From Methanocella sp. (lineage in GTDB: Archaea > Thermoproteota > Bathyarchaeia > Bathyarchaeales > Bathycorpusculaceae), in NCBI GenBank assembly GCA_050261115.1, contig JBLNCY010000053.1, forward strand, positions 1-64,000: DNA of 64,000 bases, given 5' to 3'. Shown piece after piece: positions 1-10,425 of the stretch. The position numbers and the translations under genes were made by a program. The first letter of the stretch is position 1; every line of letters starts with the position of its first letter. Below the pieces are notes generated by a model. It worked only from the letters and a program-made list of their open reading frames with translations. It was not told the origin of the DNA and ran no database searches.

Positions 1-123
1 AACCTTCTTTAGTACTTTGGGCGGAGGCTCTGTTGCAGGACTTGAAGGGCTGTCTGCATTAAAAGCAGCAGCTGTCGCTGCTAGTGTGCAGTTCTTTATC
101 TTTTTAGCGCTAAAGAGAGGCAT
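1..123 (-). CDS. 5' part of a hypothetical protein running off the window edge
   Basis: ATG at 123 opens 41 stop-free codons to position 1 (MPLFSAKKIKNCTLAATAAAFNADSPSSPATEPPPKVLKKV). Confidence 0.45.
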   Translation of the reverse strand, partial: MPLFSAKKIKNCTLAATAAAFNADSPSSPATEPPPKVLKKV

Positions 124-355
124 GTTCAACCAAAACAAACCTCAGTTTAGCAGTCTATGAATTAACCAGAAAATCAACATATTGTCTTGGTTGGGTGGGC
201 ATGTGCAGGTGATGGCATTCAAGCGCAGGCAAAATATTGCCACTGGAAATAAAATTATTTTTTTCTATGTTCTACCTGCCTCTCGAAAACAGGACATCAA
301 TTAACGTAAAAAAGAAAGGGGAAAGGTTGTGTGCAGGATAAATTCGTTTGGGGGG

Positions 356-433
356 TGGCGGGCCCGCTGGGATTTGAACCCAGGATTCTCGGCTCCGGAG
401 GCCGATGCCTTATCCGTACTAGACTACGAGCCC
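356..433 (-). tRNA. tRNA-Arg(CCG), CCA encoded
   Basis: Reverse complement gives a cloverleaf: acceptor GGGCTCG/CGGGCCC, anticodon arm TCGGC-CTCCGGA-GCCGA, T loop TTCAAAT, 3' GCCA. Confidence 0.96.
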
Positions 434-477
434 ACGCACAAAAACAACAGGCAAAGACAATTTAAAGCTACCCCAGC

Positions 478-978
478 CTACTCCTGGATTAATTCTTCCG
501 TTAGCCACCAAGCTTTCTTCTTTCCGCCCTTCTCGCCGGCGTAGTATTCGATGATGGCTTTGCCGCACTGCTTCTTACTGGCTTTCTCGATTTTCTGCAG
601 CCTATTTAGTACAAGCCAACGGTTAGTTTTGAGGTAATCGGCGATTTCGGGAGTTGTGGCAGACTTGTAGCTTAGCAGGTACTCGATGATTTTGCGGTCC
701 ACGTCGTCGGCGGCGAATTGGTAGGGGTTGACTTTGCCATGCTGGAAAGTAAGCAAGTCGAGGTCAATGAGGTACTTTTTGATTTGGCCAAACTGCTCCT
801 CTAGCTGCGCCATGCGGGTCTCAAGCGCTAAGAGCTTGTCGGGTTTGGGGGTTTTTTGTAGCTTATCAGCGATGGCTTCCCGGATAAAGTCGCTGCGGTC
901 ACCTTCGGGGATGCGTAGCGCCATCTCCTGATAGACCTCTTCGGGGAGCTTTACGGTTACTATACGGTGATCAGCCAA
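478..978 (-). CDS. Ribbon-helix-helix (CopG-like) plus winged-helix DNA-binding protein
   Basis: N-terminal IVTVKLPEE...RSDFIREAI RHH pattern, coiled linker, C-terminal DRKIIEYL...TTPEIADYL wHTH. Confidence 0.7.
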   Translation of the reverse strand: MADHRIVTVKLPEEVYQEMALRIPEGDRSDFIREAIADKLQKTPKPDKLLALETRMAQLEEQFGQIKKYLIDLDLLTFQHGKVNPYQFAADDVDRKIIEYLLSYKSATTPEIADYLKTNRWLVLNRLQKIEKASKKQCGKAIIEYYAGEKGGKKKAWWLTEELIQE

Positions 979-1103
979 ATAATCGCCCTCACAGTGCAGT
1001 ATGCATGTGTGATTATTTCACGGTTTCGATTCAAGCAGGCAACCATGCACTTCTCTGGGTTTAGGCAATAATGATTTATACACTGAGGCGAAAATAGCTA
1101 GCG

Positions 1104-2027
1104 GTGAAAAATTTGACCGACTGGTCTAAAAATGATTTACTTATTTTAGCGTTTGATCATCGAGCCTCTTTTATTGAGAAACTCTTCGGAATCAAAGGCC
1201 GCCCCCCCACAGCCGACGAAAAGAAAAAAATTGAAGAAGCAAAACAGATAATTTTTGAAGGCTTCCAAGCGGCAGTAGAAAAGAAGGTTCCAAAAGAGAT
1301 TGCAGGTTTACTTGTTGACGAAGAATTCGGCGCCGCAATCCTACGCGAAGCTAAAAAGCAGGGCTTTAACTTTGCGATGCCCGCCGAAAAGTCCGGTCAA
1401 GACGAATTCGACTTCGAATATGGCGAGGAGTTTGCCAAGCACATTGAGGCTTTTGACCCAACCTTCCTAAAGGTGCTGGTAAGATACAACCCCGAAAGCG
1501 ACGCAAGCCTCAACCAGCGCCAGCTAGTTCGCCTAAAGAAACTCAGCGACTACCTCGCAAGCGCCAACCGGCCCTTCCTGTTTGAACTCATCGTCCCAGC
1601 CACCTCCACACAGCTAGCAAGCTTGGGCGGCTCAAAACAGAAATATGACCTTGAATTGCGTCCCAAACTCATGTGTGAAGCCATAAAGCAAATCCAAGAC
1701 GGAGGCGTAGAACCAGCCATATGGAAACTAGAAGGCGTAGAGGATCCAGCTAACGCTAAAGCCATCGTTATGCAGGCTCAAGCGGGCGGTCGCAAAGCGG
1801 GCGTTATCACCCTGGGTCGAGGCGAATCCAAAGATAAGGTTAAGGAGTGGCTTGCGGTAGGCGCAAAAATCCCCGGCATCATCGGCTTTGCAGTCGGCAG
1901 AACCATCTTCTGGGATCCACTTGTCGATTTCAAGGCTGGCAAGGCGGACAGGAAAGCCACCGTCGAGCGGATCGCACAAAACTATATCGAATTCGTCGAG
2001 TTGTGGCTAAACGAAAGGAAAAAGTAA
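1104..2027 (+). CDS. DUF2090 / LacD-like class I aldolase
   Basis: LILAFDHR, KVLVRYNP, IWKLEG (candidate Schiff-base Lys) and GFAVGRTIF motifs. Confidence 0.75.
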   Translation: MKNLTDWSKNDLLILAFDHRASFIEKLFGIKGRPPTADEKKKIEEAKQIIFEGFQAAVEKKVPKEIAGLLVDEEFGAAILREAKKQGFNFAMPAEKSGQDEFDFEYGEEFAKHIEAFDPTFLKVLVRYNPESDASLNQRQLVRLKKLSDYLASANRPFLFELIVPATSTQLASLGGSKQKYDLELRPKLMCEAIKQIQDGGVEPAIWKLEGVEDPANAKAIVMQAQAGGRKAGVITLGRGESKDKVKEWLAVGAKIPGIIGFAVGRTIFWDPLVDFKAGKADRKATVERIAQNYIEFVELWLNERKK

Positions 2028-2037
2028 GTGACCACAC

Positions 2038-3021
2038 ATGACCTCCCTACGCTCATTGGCCCCAGCATTAACCCGAATTACCACCGCAGGTGCAGTCGGT
2101 GCAGCTCTTCACATCGGGAAAGGCGACCCTGACAAAGTAGACCAAACCGCCCTTGACTTTAGCCGCGCAGCCCTCAACCAAACCGAAGTAGACGGCGAAG
2201 TCATCTGCTGCGAAGGCCCAAAAGACAACGCCCCCGCCTTTACCATGAGAGAAAAAGTCGGCACAGGCAGCGGCCCCAAAGTTGAATTCGTCATCGACCA
2301 AGTGGACGGCACAACCGCCACCTCTAAGGGCCGAAAAGACGCAATATCTGCCCTCGCATGCGCCCCCGCAGGGTGCCTACAGGTCTTGCCCGACGATGGT
2401 TACTACTTTAAAGTCGCCACCGATGGCAAATCCAAAGGCAAAATCAACCTCGACATGTCCATTGAGGACATCGTGAAAACCGTTGCAGCTAACAAGAATC
2501 GGAATCTTTCCAACTTTACCGTTATCATGCTGGAACGGGAACGCCACAACGAGCTTTTATCTAGCCTGCGTAAACTCGGCGTCAGAATCATCCTCATTTC
2601 AGACGGCGACATCGCAGGCGCAATCGTAACCTGCCTCCCTGACTCCGGCATTGACCTCTTGATCGGTGCAGGTGCCGGTGCAGAAGCCACCATGGCAGCC
2701 GTCGCGGTAAAGTGCCTCGGAGGAACCATGCTGGTTAAGGTTTGGAAAGACAAGAAGGATGATTCTGGCAGATTAGATCGCTTAAGGGCGGCAGGCGTCA
2801 ATGTCGATAAAACCTATACTGAAGAGGAACTGGCAAAGGGCAACGAGATGATCTTTACGGCTTCAGGCATCACCAAAGGCGAAATGCTTGATGGCGTAAG
2901 GTTCACACCTAACGGTGCGATTGTAAACTCCTTCTGTACAAGGCTGCCGAGTGGAACGATTGAGTGGTCTAAAACTATTCTAAAGTTCAAAGGGCACCCT
3001 GTGTACAGCACGATGACCTAG
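2038..3021 (+). CDS. glpX: Fructose-1,6-bisphosphatase class II
   Basis: EGPKDNAP, IDQVDGT, LISDGDI and ASGITKGEMLDGV GlpX motifs. Confidence 0.88.
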   Translation: MTSLRSLAPALTRITTAGAVGAALHIGKGDPDKVDQTALDFSRAALNQTEVDGEVICCEGPKDNAPAFTMREKVGTGSGPKVEFVIDQVDGTTATSKGRKDAISALACAPAGCLQVLPDDGYYFKVATDGKSKGKINLDMSIEDIVKTVAANKNRNLSNFTVIMLERERHNELLSSLRKLGVRIILISDGDIAGAIVTCLPDSGIDLLIGAGAGAEATMAAVAVKCLGGTMLVKVWKDKKDDSGRLDRLRAAGVNVDKTYTEEELAKGNEMIFTASGITKGEMLDGVRFTPNGAIVNSFCTRLPSGTIEWSKTILKFKGHPVYSTMT

Positions 3022-3054
3022 CCCTTTTTCTCTTTTTTAACCCCTTATTTTTTA
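3022..3054. terminator. T-rich tracts between convergent genes
   Basis: CCCTTTTTTCTCTTTTTTAACCCCTTATTTTTT directly after the glpX stop. Confidence 0.5.
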
Positions 3055-3065
3055 GTAAAATTAGT

Positions 3066-3749
3066 TTATGCTTGGCAGCCATGTTCGTGACTATGCTCAG
3101 GATCATGGCCATGTTCATGTTTATGGCTATGTTCAAGGGCACCGTGGACATGCGGGTGCTCATGTGCTTGGTGGGTATGCTCCTGCTTATCCTCGGGAAA
3201 CACTTGTCCTGTAAGCTCAGCTAGTTCACGGTAGCGGGTGCCGACAAATTCCTGAAGCTTCGCTCTAAGGTCTTCACCTTTAGGGTTGCGCTTCTTGAGC
3301 AGGGCCATCTTTTTAGCTAATTCCTCGTCGCCTAATCCTCTAAACCATGCTTCAAAGTCGCCGCGGCCAAAGTGGAACTCGAGCGACGCAACGGCTACTT
3401 TTTCGATTTTCGCAGTGAAGTCTCTTAGGTTGTGGGCATGGATGTTTAGGGGGCTGTCGACTGCTCTGTAGAAGTTAAAAGACTTCTCGTGCGGGGCATA
3501 GGCTAGGATTTGGTTAGCTTTTTCTTTGGTGACTTCGTTTATGCCAAGGGCTTTTTTACCGTGCACTGTGAGTGCATAGAGGCCCTTTTCAGGAGTGGCT
3601 ACGTATCCCATGCGTGTTAATCCTAGAAGGTGCATCATTACTGGCTGGAATTCCCGGTGGGCTTCTTTGGCGATCTCCATGGCTTTCTGGGGCTTGCCGT
3701 TTAAAAGCATGGTTTCCAGTATTTCTTGTTTGATAGGTGATAAACTCAT
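3066..3749 (-). CDS. Winged-helix plus DUF5752-like domain protein with His-rich C-terminal tail
   Basis: N-terminal wHTH; SLEFHFGRGDFEAWFRGLGDEELA motif; tail HTHQAHEHPHVH...HSHEHGC; ATG at 3749 with an AGGTG SD-like site. Confidence 0.7.
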   Translation of the reverse strand: MSLSPIKQEILETMLLNGKPQKAMEIAKEAHREFQPVMMHLLGLTRMGYVATPEKGLYALTVHGKKALGINEVTKEKANQILAYAPHEKSFNFYRAVDSPLNIHAHNLRDFTAKIEKVAVASLEFHFGRGDFEAWFRGLGDEELAKKMALLKKRNPKGEDLRAKLQEFVGTRYRELAELTGQVFPEDKQEHTHQAHEHPHVHGALEHSHKHEHGHDPEHSHEHGCQA

Positions 3750-3916
3750 TGAAGGCACCTGCCTGTAGGGCTATGTGTGTTGGGGTAATCAAACTTTTCG
3801 CCAACAAGCTATAGTGCATGATGGATTGAGGCAGAGTTTTGTCGGTTGCCGCAGTTGGGCAAAGCTTTAGTACGCTGATACCTACCTCCATATGGTAACT
3901 GGAGCATACAAAAAAC

Positions 3917-5167
3917 ATGAAAATCGCCGTTTTCGTTTACGAGTATCCACCAAAAATCGTGGGTGGATTAGGAACCTACGCCGCTGAAATCACCCGCAAA
4001 TTCGTCCTAAACGACCACGACGTAACCGTCTTTACTATGAACGACGACGCCGGTTCATTGCCCACCCGAGAGATTTGGCGGGGCATAGAAATCCACAGAC
4101 CTCTTCACCTTGATGTCTCCGACTCGTTGCCCGATGTAATCGCAGAGGACATCCGTAAGTGGGGACGAGGCATCCACTTGTTCGGTAAGCTTATGGTTTA
4201 CAATTATCTCTCTGCAGCCAAACTAGTTAATGAGTTAATCAAGCATGAGGGCATGAAATACGACGTCGTGGTGGCTCATGATTGGCTGTCAGCGATGGGC
4301 GGTATCACAGTTAAACGGGAAACAGGCATGCCTTTTGTGTTTCATGTGCACTCCACCGAGAAAGGTCGCACGATGGGCAGCGGCTCTGGCGTTGTAAGCA
4401 ATATCGAACTCCGTGCAGGCAAAATGGCGGATATGGTGGTCACCGTTTCGCATGCAATGAAGGACGAGTTGATTGGGCTGGGTTTTCCACGGGAAAAGAT
4501 TCAGGTTAGCTATAACGGTGTTGATCCAGCGAAGTATAACCCCGAGAAGGTCTCCAAAGAAGACATCAAACGCATACGCGCCAAGTACGACATAAAAGAC
4601 GACGAGTACATGCTGCTCTTTTTGGGTAGGCTTGTCGGCGTTAAAGGCGTTGATAAACTCATCATGGCTATGCCACATATCCTGGCAAAGATCCCCAAGG
4701 CTAAACTTGTCATCGTCGGTGTAGGAGACCTCCAAGAGTACCTAACCAACCTCACTGCCATAACCAAGATGGGCGACTACGTCAAATTCTGCTTCGACTT
4801 CATCCCAGAAGAAGAACGCATAAACCACTATGCCGCCTGCGATGTGGCAGTATTCCCAAGCTACTATGAACCCTTCGGCATCGTAGCCCTAGAAGCTATG
4901 AGCATGGAGAAACCAGTGGTGGTTGGCGCCGCGGGAGTTAGCGGCATGCGAGAAATTGTCATATGCTGCGGCGAAGAACAATGCGGCTACCACATCGACC
5001 CCAACAACCCCTCAGACATCGCCTGGGGAGTAACCAACGCACTTGAAAGCCCCGAAAAAATGAAGTTCCTAGGCAAAAACGGCCGTAAACGCGTCCTAGC
5101 AGAGTTCACCTGGAGCAAAATCGCACAGCACACAGTTGAACTCTATGAGACCATAGCCAAACGGTAA
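3917..5167 (+). CDS. Glycosyltransferase family 4 (glycogen synthase-like)
   Basis: EYPPKIVGGLG, AHDWL, HVHSTE and YEPFGIVALEAM GT-B motifs. Confidence 0.9.
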   Translation: MKIAVFVYEYPPKIVGGLGTYAAEITRKFVLNDHDVTVFTMNDDAGSLPTREIWRGIEIHRPLHLDVSDSLPDVIAEDIRKWGRGIHLFGKLMVYNYLSAAKLVNELIKHEGMKYDVVVAHDWLSAMGGITVKRETGMPFVFHVHSTEKGRTMGSGSGVVSNIELRAGKMADMVVTVSHAMKDELIGLGFPREKIQVSYNGVDPAKYNPEKVSKEDIKRIRAKYDIKDDEYMLLFLGRLVGVKGVDKLIMAMPHILAKIPKAKLVIVGVGDLQEYLTNLTAITKMGDYVKFCFDFIPEEERINHYAACDVAVFPSYYEPFGIVALEAMSMEKPVVVGAAGVSGMREIVICCGEEQCGYHIDPNNPSDIAWGVTNALESPEKMKFLGKNGRKRVLAEFTWSKIAQHTVELYETIAKR

Positions 5168-5172
5168 AAGCT

Positions 5173-5784
5173 TTGACTGCAGACGACTTAAAACGGCGCG
5201 TCGCAAAGGAAGCCGCCACTCTGCTGTATTTCGGGGCAGAAAAAGAGTACAAACAAGCCAAGGGTAAAGCAGCCCAAACCTTGGGCACCCACTTTTTACC
5301 ATCAAACCTCGAAGTAGCCTTAGAGTTGGACAAGATAGCTGAGGAAAACGAGGGAGAGAAACGCAAGGACCGTCTGGTCGAGATGCGTTCAGAAGCTTTG
5401 AGGGTCATGCGGCTTTTGGGTGCTTTCTGTCCGGTTTTGATTGGCAGCGTCTGGCGAGGTACAATTCGGCGAGGCAGTGACATCGACATCGCTGTCTATG
5501 CCGACGACGCTGAAAAAGTGCTTTCTGCAATAAAGGCGGGCGGTATCAGGGTGCAAAAGACCAATTGGACAACCGTGAACAAAAAAGGTGCAACCATGGA
5601 ATCCCTCCACATCTACGCAGAAACTCCCACCAAGCATGGCTTAGAAATCGTAGTCCGAAGCGCCGAAGAAGCAACGAAAAAGCGCCGATGCGAAATTTTT
5701 GGCGACGAACTCAAGGGCCTTAGCATAAAAGACCTAGAAAAAGTCCTTTCTTCAAACCCCACAGCCCAGTTTATTCCGCAATAG
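5173..5784 (+). CDS. Nucleotidyltransferase-domain protein (Pol-beta fold)
   Basis: LIGSVWRG...SDIDIAV motif. Confidence 0.75.
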   Translation: MTADDLKRRVAKEAATLLYFGAEKEYKQAKGKAAQTLGTHFLPSNLEVALELDKIAEENEGEKRKDRLVEMRSEALRVMRLLGAFCPVLIGSVWRGTIRRGSDIDIAVYADDAEKVLSAIKAGGIRVQKTNWTTVNKKGATMESLHIYAETPTKHGLEIVVRSAEEATKKRRCEIFGDELKGLSIKDLEKVLSSNPTAQFIPQ

Positions 5785-5857
5785 TCGCTGCATTATAAGG
5801 AGTATTCATCAAAAACACTATTAAAGTACCATTTCGAATATTTTGGGTTGAAGAATT

Positions 5858-6292
5858 ATGGCGTCTGCTAAAGACATCAAAAAAATGTTCCCACATCTCT
5901 ATGAAGAACTTCAAAGCGGCGAAGTAAAGGTACCCATCAATGCCGTACGCAAAAACGCTGCCGAAGCTGAATCCGAAGCCTACATCGAAGACGTCGACCA
6001 TGAAGAATGCGGTTGCGATGAGTGCCAGGAACCATTAGAGGAGCCTGCAGAGTTAAAACAGAACAAGATGCCTGATAGGCTGCGCCACTTTAATCCGCAA
6101 GCAGTGGATTTTCTACGTCGATGTGACACCGAGGCGCAGGCTGAGGAGATAATTGCTTATCTTGAGAACAAGGGTGAAATCACTAAGGAATATGCTTGCG
6201 AGTTACGGGCGCAGCTCAAGAAGGATGGCGTCCGCGCGTTTGGGCCTAAGAAGGAAGAGAATCACTACTTCAAAGAAGCAGGCCTACTCTAA
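5858..6292 (+). CDS. DUF2095 family protein
   Basis: KKMFPHLYEEL...PQAVDFLRRCDT..AEEIIAYLE..GEI...GVRAFGPKK. Confidence 0.75.
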   Translation: MASAKDIKKMFPHLYEELQSGEVKVPINAVRKNAAEAESEAYIEDVDHEECGCDECQEPLEEPAELKQNKMPDRLRHFNPQAVDFLRRCDTEAQAEEIIAYLENKGEITKEYACELRAQLKKDGVRAFGPKKEENHYFKEAGLL

Positions 6293-6672
6293 CCGCATAA
6301 GCCACCAGTTCCTTTAAGTTTCGTGAATAGATGGCTTGGTATTCATTTTGGAGAAGTATGGTAGGCGGATTTAGCCGTGTGTTAACCAAGCAGAAGGCTA
6401 AAAAACAGGGGGAACTAGACTGGGTGTGCCTTCTCCTTGTTAACTGCCAAACCCGCTTAACGTTGGCTATCCCTTGCATTCCTACTTATCCTTATCTTGG
6501 TTGCTGGATATAAGAAAATGTGGTTACATGTCGCCTACCACAACTAGCGCAAACCCGCATTCCATAGCCAACCGCTAAAACGCCAGCCGCAAACAACAAA
6601 CACAAAACTTTTCCGGAAGCCAAAGTTGCGCTTGATTCTCATTTAAGCGTTTTATGTTAAGGAGAAAATTAA

Positions 6673-7740
<1,068 letters not shown>

Positions 7741-7795
7741 ACCTACAGGTAACCAATCTTTCCTTTCCTTAAACAGGCAAGTGAGTGAGGGAGCC

Positions 7796-9028
7796 ATGCC
7801 AAAATACAAAACCCTAGATGATTTCAACGTAAAAAACAAAACCGTGCTTGTACGCGTAGACTTTAACAGCGAAATTGACCCAGAAACCAAAAAAGTAACA
7901 AGCGACGTGCGCATCCGTGCACACGCCCAATCCACCCTAAAAGAGCTACAGGAGAAAGGCGCCAAAATAGTCATACTGGCGCATCAAGGCCGCAAAGGCG
8001 ACCCAGACTACATCCCCCTAAAAGAACACGCCGAACACCTACAAAAAATCATGCAAACACCCGTAAAATATGTCCCCGACCTCTTTGGCGAAAAAGCCAA
8101 AACCGCCATCAAAAACCTAAAGCCAGGCGAAATACTCGTGCTAGAAAACGTGCGCAGCTGGGATGGCGAAACCAAAACCGGAACCCCCGAAGCACAATCC
8201 AAAACGGAACTTGTCCAAAACCTAGCCCCATTAGCCGACTTGTTTGTTAATGATGCCTTCTCGGCGGCTCACCGCGGGCATGTCTCCATGGTAGGTTTCA
8301 CCGCTGTTCTGCCCTCAGCAGCCGGACGCATCATGCAACGCGAACTGTCCTCGCTTAGCAAGGCGCTTGAGAAGCCTGAGCACCCTTGCGTGTATGTAAT
8401 GGGCGGAGCTAAGGCTGATGATAGCCTCGAAATCAGCCGATATGTACTTGGCAACGGCATAGCAGACTATGTTTTAGTCGGCGGCGTTACTGCACAGCTG
8501 TTCCTAGCAGCAAAAGGCGTTAACTTGGGAACTGCAACGATGGATTGCTTGGCAAAGAAAGAGTTAACCCAGTTTATGCCAGGCATCAAAGCCCTCCTCG
8601 AGCAGTACGGCGACAAAATCCGAACCCCCATAGACTTAGCTATAAACATCTATGGCGATCGAAGCGAAATCGCCCTCGACCAGCTACCCACAAACTACCC
8701 AATCTTTGACTTAGGCACCAAAACAATCGAGGTCTACTCGAAACTCATCTCAGAAGCTAAAGCGGTCGTCGTAAGCGGCCCCATGGGCGTCTACGAAAAC
8801 CCCCAATTCAACAAAGGCACCAAAAGTATTCTAACAGCCATCGCAAACAGCAACGCCTTCAGCCTCGCAGGCGGCGGAAACACAATAGCCGCAATCCAAG
8901 AATATGGGTTAACAGAAAAAATCAGCTACATAAGCACCGCGGGTGGTGCGCTTATCGAGTTTTTGATGGGTAAGAAGCTCCCAGGCGTTGTGGCTCTAGA
9001 AACAGCGGTTGGCACCAAAAAAATCTAA
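7796..9028 (+). CDS. pgk: Phosphoglycerate kinase
   Basis: VRVDFN, AHQGR, VNDAFSAAHR, GGAK, ISTAGGA; ATG at 7796 preceded by GAGG. Confidence 0.96.
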   Translation: MPKYKTLDDFNVKNKTVLVRVDFNSEIDPETKKVTSDVRIRAHAQSTLKELQEKGAKIVILAHQGRKGDPDYIPLKEHAEHLQKIMQTPVKYVPDLFGEKAKTAIKNLKPGEILVLENVRSWDGETKTGTPEAQSKTELVQNLAPLADLFVNDAFSAAHRGHVSMVGFTAVLPSAAGRIMQRELSSLSKALEKPEHPCVYVMGGAKADDSLEISRYVLGNGIADYVLVGGVTAQLFLAAKGVNLGTATMDCLAKKELTQFMPGIKALLEQYGDKIRTPIDLAINIYGDRSEIALDQLPTNYPIFDLGTKTIEVYSKLISEAKAVVVSGPMGVYENPQFNKGTKSILTAIANSNAFSLAGGGNTIAAIQEYGLTEKISYISTAGGALIEFLMGKKLPGVVALETAVGTKKI

Positions 9029-9100
9029 CCCCTTTCCTTTTTATAAAAAGTTAGTGACGGTTTGTCAAGTAGCTTTTCGCATTCTTGCTCGACTTGTTGC

Positions 9101-9652
9101 TTATTCGCTTAAGGTTGACTTAAGATTTCTCTTTTGGGCTTTACTTTTGATGTAGAACCAAGAAACCACCAAGAGCAAGGCAAAAACTAAGCTGGCAAAC
9201 AACACCACACCCACCACAGCGAATACGGGAAAGCCTACAAAGTTTATCTGCTGCTCAACTGTTGTCGACTCGCCCAAGGCGTTGTAAGCCCTGACCCTTA
9301 GAACGTGAACGCCCTCTGAAAAGTGGTCGGTGTCAAAAGTCCAACCATAAGGAGTGACCGTGTCATTTTTCTGCAGTTGGTCGTCAAGGTAGAATTCGAC
9401 ACAGGTGCCGTTTACGGTGGTGCCATTCACGGTAAAGACGGCGTTGACTGTTCGGGCGCCATGAATGCCGCCGGCAAGGTCAAGTCCGCTGTTCTTAATC
9501 CACTCTAGACGCAGCGCGGGCTCTGCAGATACAGCCGCCGTAGAACCTAAAAGCAGCAGCACAAAGAGCACCCCCATCAAGTGTGAAATTTTAATCAGCA
9601 GACACCCATGCAAAACATTAACACCTGTTATATAAACGCTGATTCTGCACAC
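9101..9652 (-). CDS. Membrane-anchored Ig-like domain protein (true start probably further downstream)
   Basis: Signal-like hydrophobic segment, VEFYLD...PYGWTFDT...GVHVLRVRAYN Ig-like pattern, C-terminal TM helix plus basic tail. Confidence 0.65.
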   Translation of the reverse strand: MCRISVYITGVNVLHGCLLIKISHLMGVLFVLLLLGSTAAVSAEPALRLEWIKNSGLDLAGGIHGARTVNAVFTVNGTTVNGTCVEFYLDDQLQKNDTVTPYGWTFDTDHFSEGVHVLRVRAYNALGESTTVEQQINFVGFPVFAVVGVVLFASLVFALLLVVSWFYIKSKAQKRNLKSTLSE

Positions 9653-9716
9653 TTACACCTAATTAGTTCGCACATCGCTCCAAGTTACAACAATAATTAT
9701 ATAAGCCCACCAAAGG

Positions 9717-10418
9717 TTGTTGGTGCCTACAGCAGGGATTGTCGTGAGGAGCTTCAAACGCGCCTTAGTCATCGGGGAAGAGAACATCTTTGGAGAATTA
9801 GCCCAGATTATAGTCATTGCTTCAGAAGCCAACAAAATCTTAGACAACATGCTAACAAACTGCAAAGACGAAAAGTGCCTAGATGAAGGCATGCAAGCCA
9901 TCAGGGTTCTGGAGAACAAGTCAGACCAAATCGCGTTTAAAGTCAGCGAGGACATCACCTCAGGCGCCGTTAGCCCAAACATACTTGAGCATCTGCTCCA
10001 ATGTGTGCATGTAGCAGACGACATCGTGGACACCTACTTCTATCAGGCACGTGAGCTAAGCCGAATGCACAAGTCCCGCTTCCCCTACTCTGAGGCAATC
10101 CAAGACGCAGAGTGGATCGCCACCTTTAGAAGCATGCTCCAACTAGCCGACCAAGCCCTGTCAAAAGTTAAGCAGGTGCTTTTCGTATCTGACTTAGGTG
10201 ACATCTTAACGTTACGCAAAGAAATCGAGGCGCTAGAAAGCCAAGGGGACGAAATCAAAGACAAAGGCTTCGACGTCCTCTACCGCGAGGCTCCGCATAT
10301 CCATTACCTGCAATTCTACCACTACAGCGAGTTGCTCCACAAATTTGACGATATCCTAGACGGCTGTGAAGACCTCTCAGACCTGGTGCTATCCGTCATT
10401 ACTTCCATAATCAAGTGA
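9717..10418 (+). CDS. DUF47 / PhoU-like phosphate transport regulator
   Basis: LENKSD and LESQGDEI repeats, DDILDGCED; adjacent to a PiT transporter. Confidence 0.8.
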   Translation: MLVPTAGIVVRSFKRALVIGEENIFGELAQIIVIASEANKILDNMLTNCKDEKCLDEGMQAIRVLENKSDQIAFKVSEDITSGAVSPNILEHLLQCVHVADDIVDTYFYQARELSRMHKSRFPYSEAIQDAEWIATFRSMLQLADQALSKVKQVLFVSDLGDILTLRKEIEALESQGDEIKDKGFDVLYREAPHIHYLQFYHYSELLHKFDDILDGCEDLSDLVLSVITSIIK

Positions 10419-10425
10419 GACCTCC

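Noticed and set aside
329-544. 71-aa plus-strand ORF and the many short antisense ORFs in the track
   Set aside because: They are shadows of tRNA-Arg or of well-supported genes on the opposite strand or frame.
5173-5784. MNT-HEPN toxin-antitoxin pair
   Set aside because: No adjacent HEPN (RxxxxH) protein; neighbours are GT4 and DUF2095.
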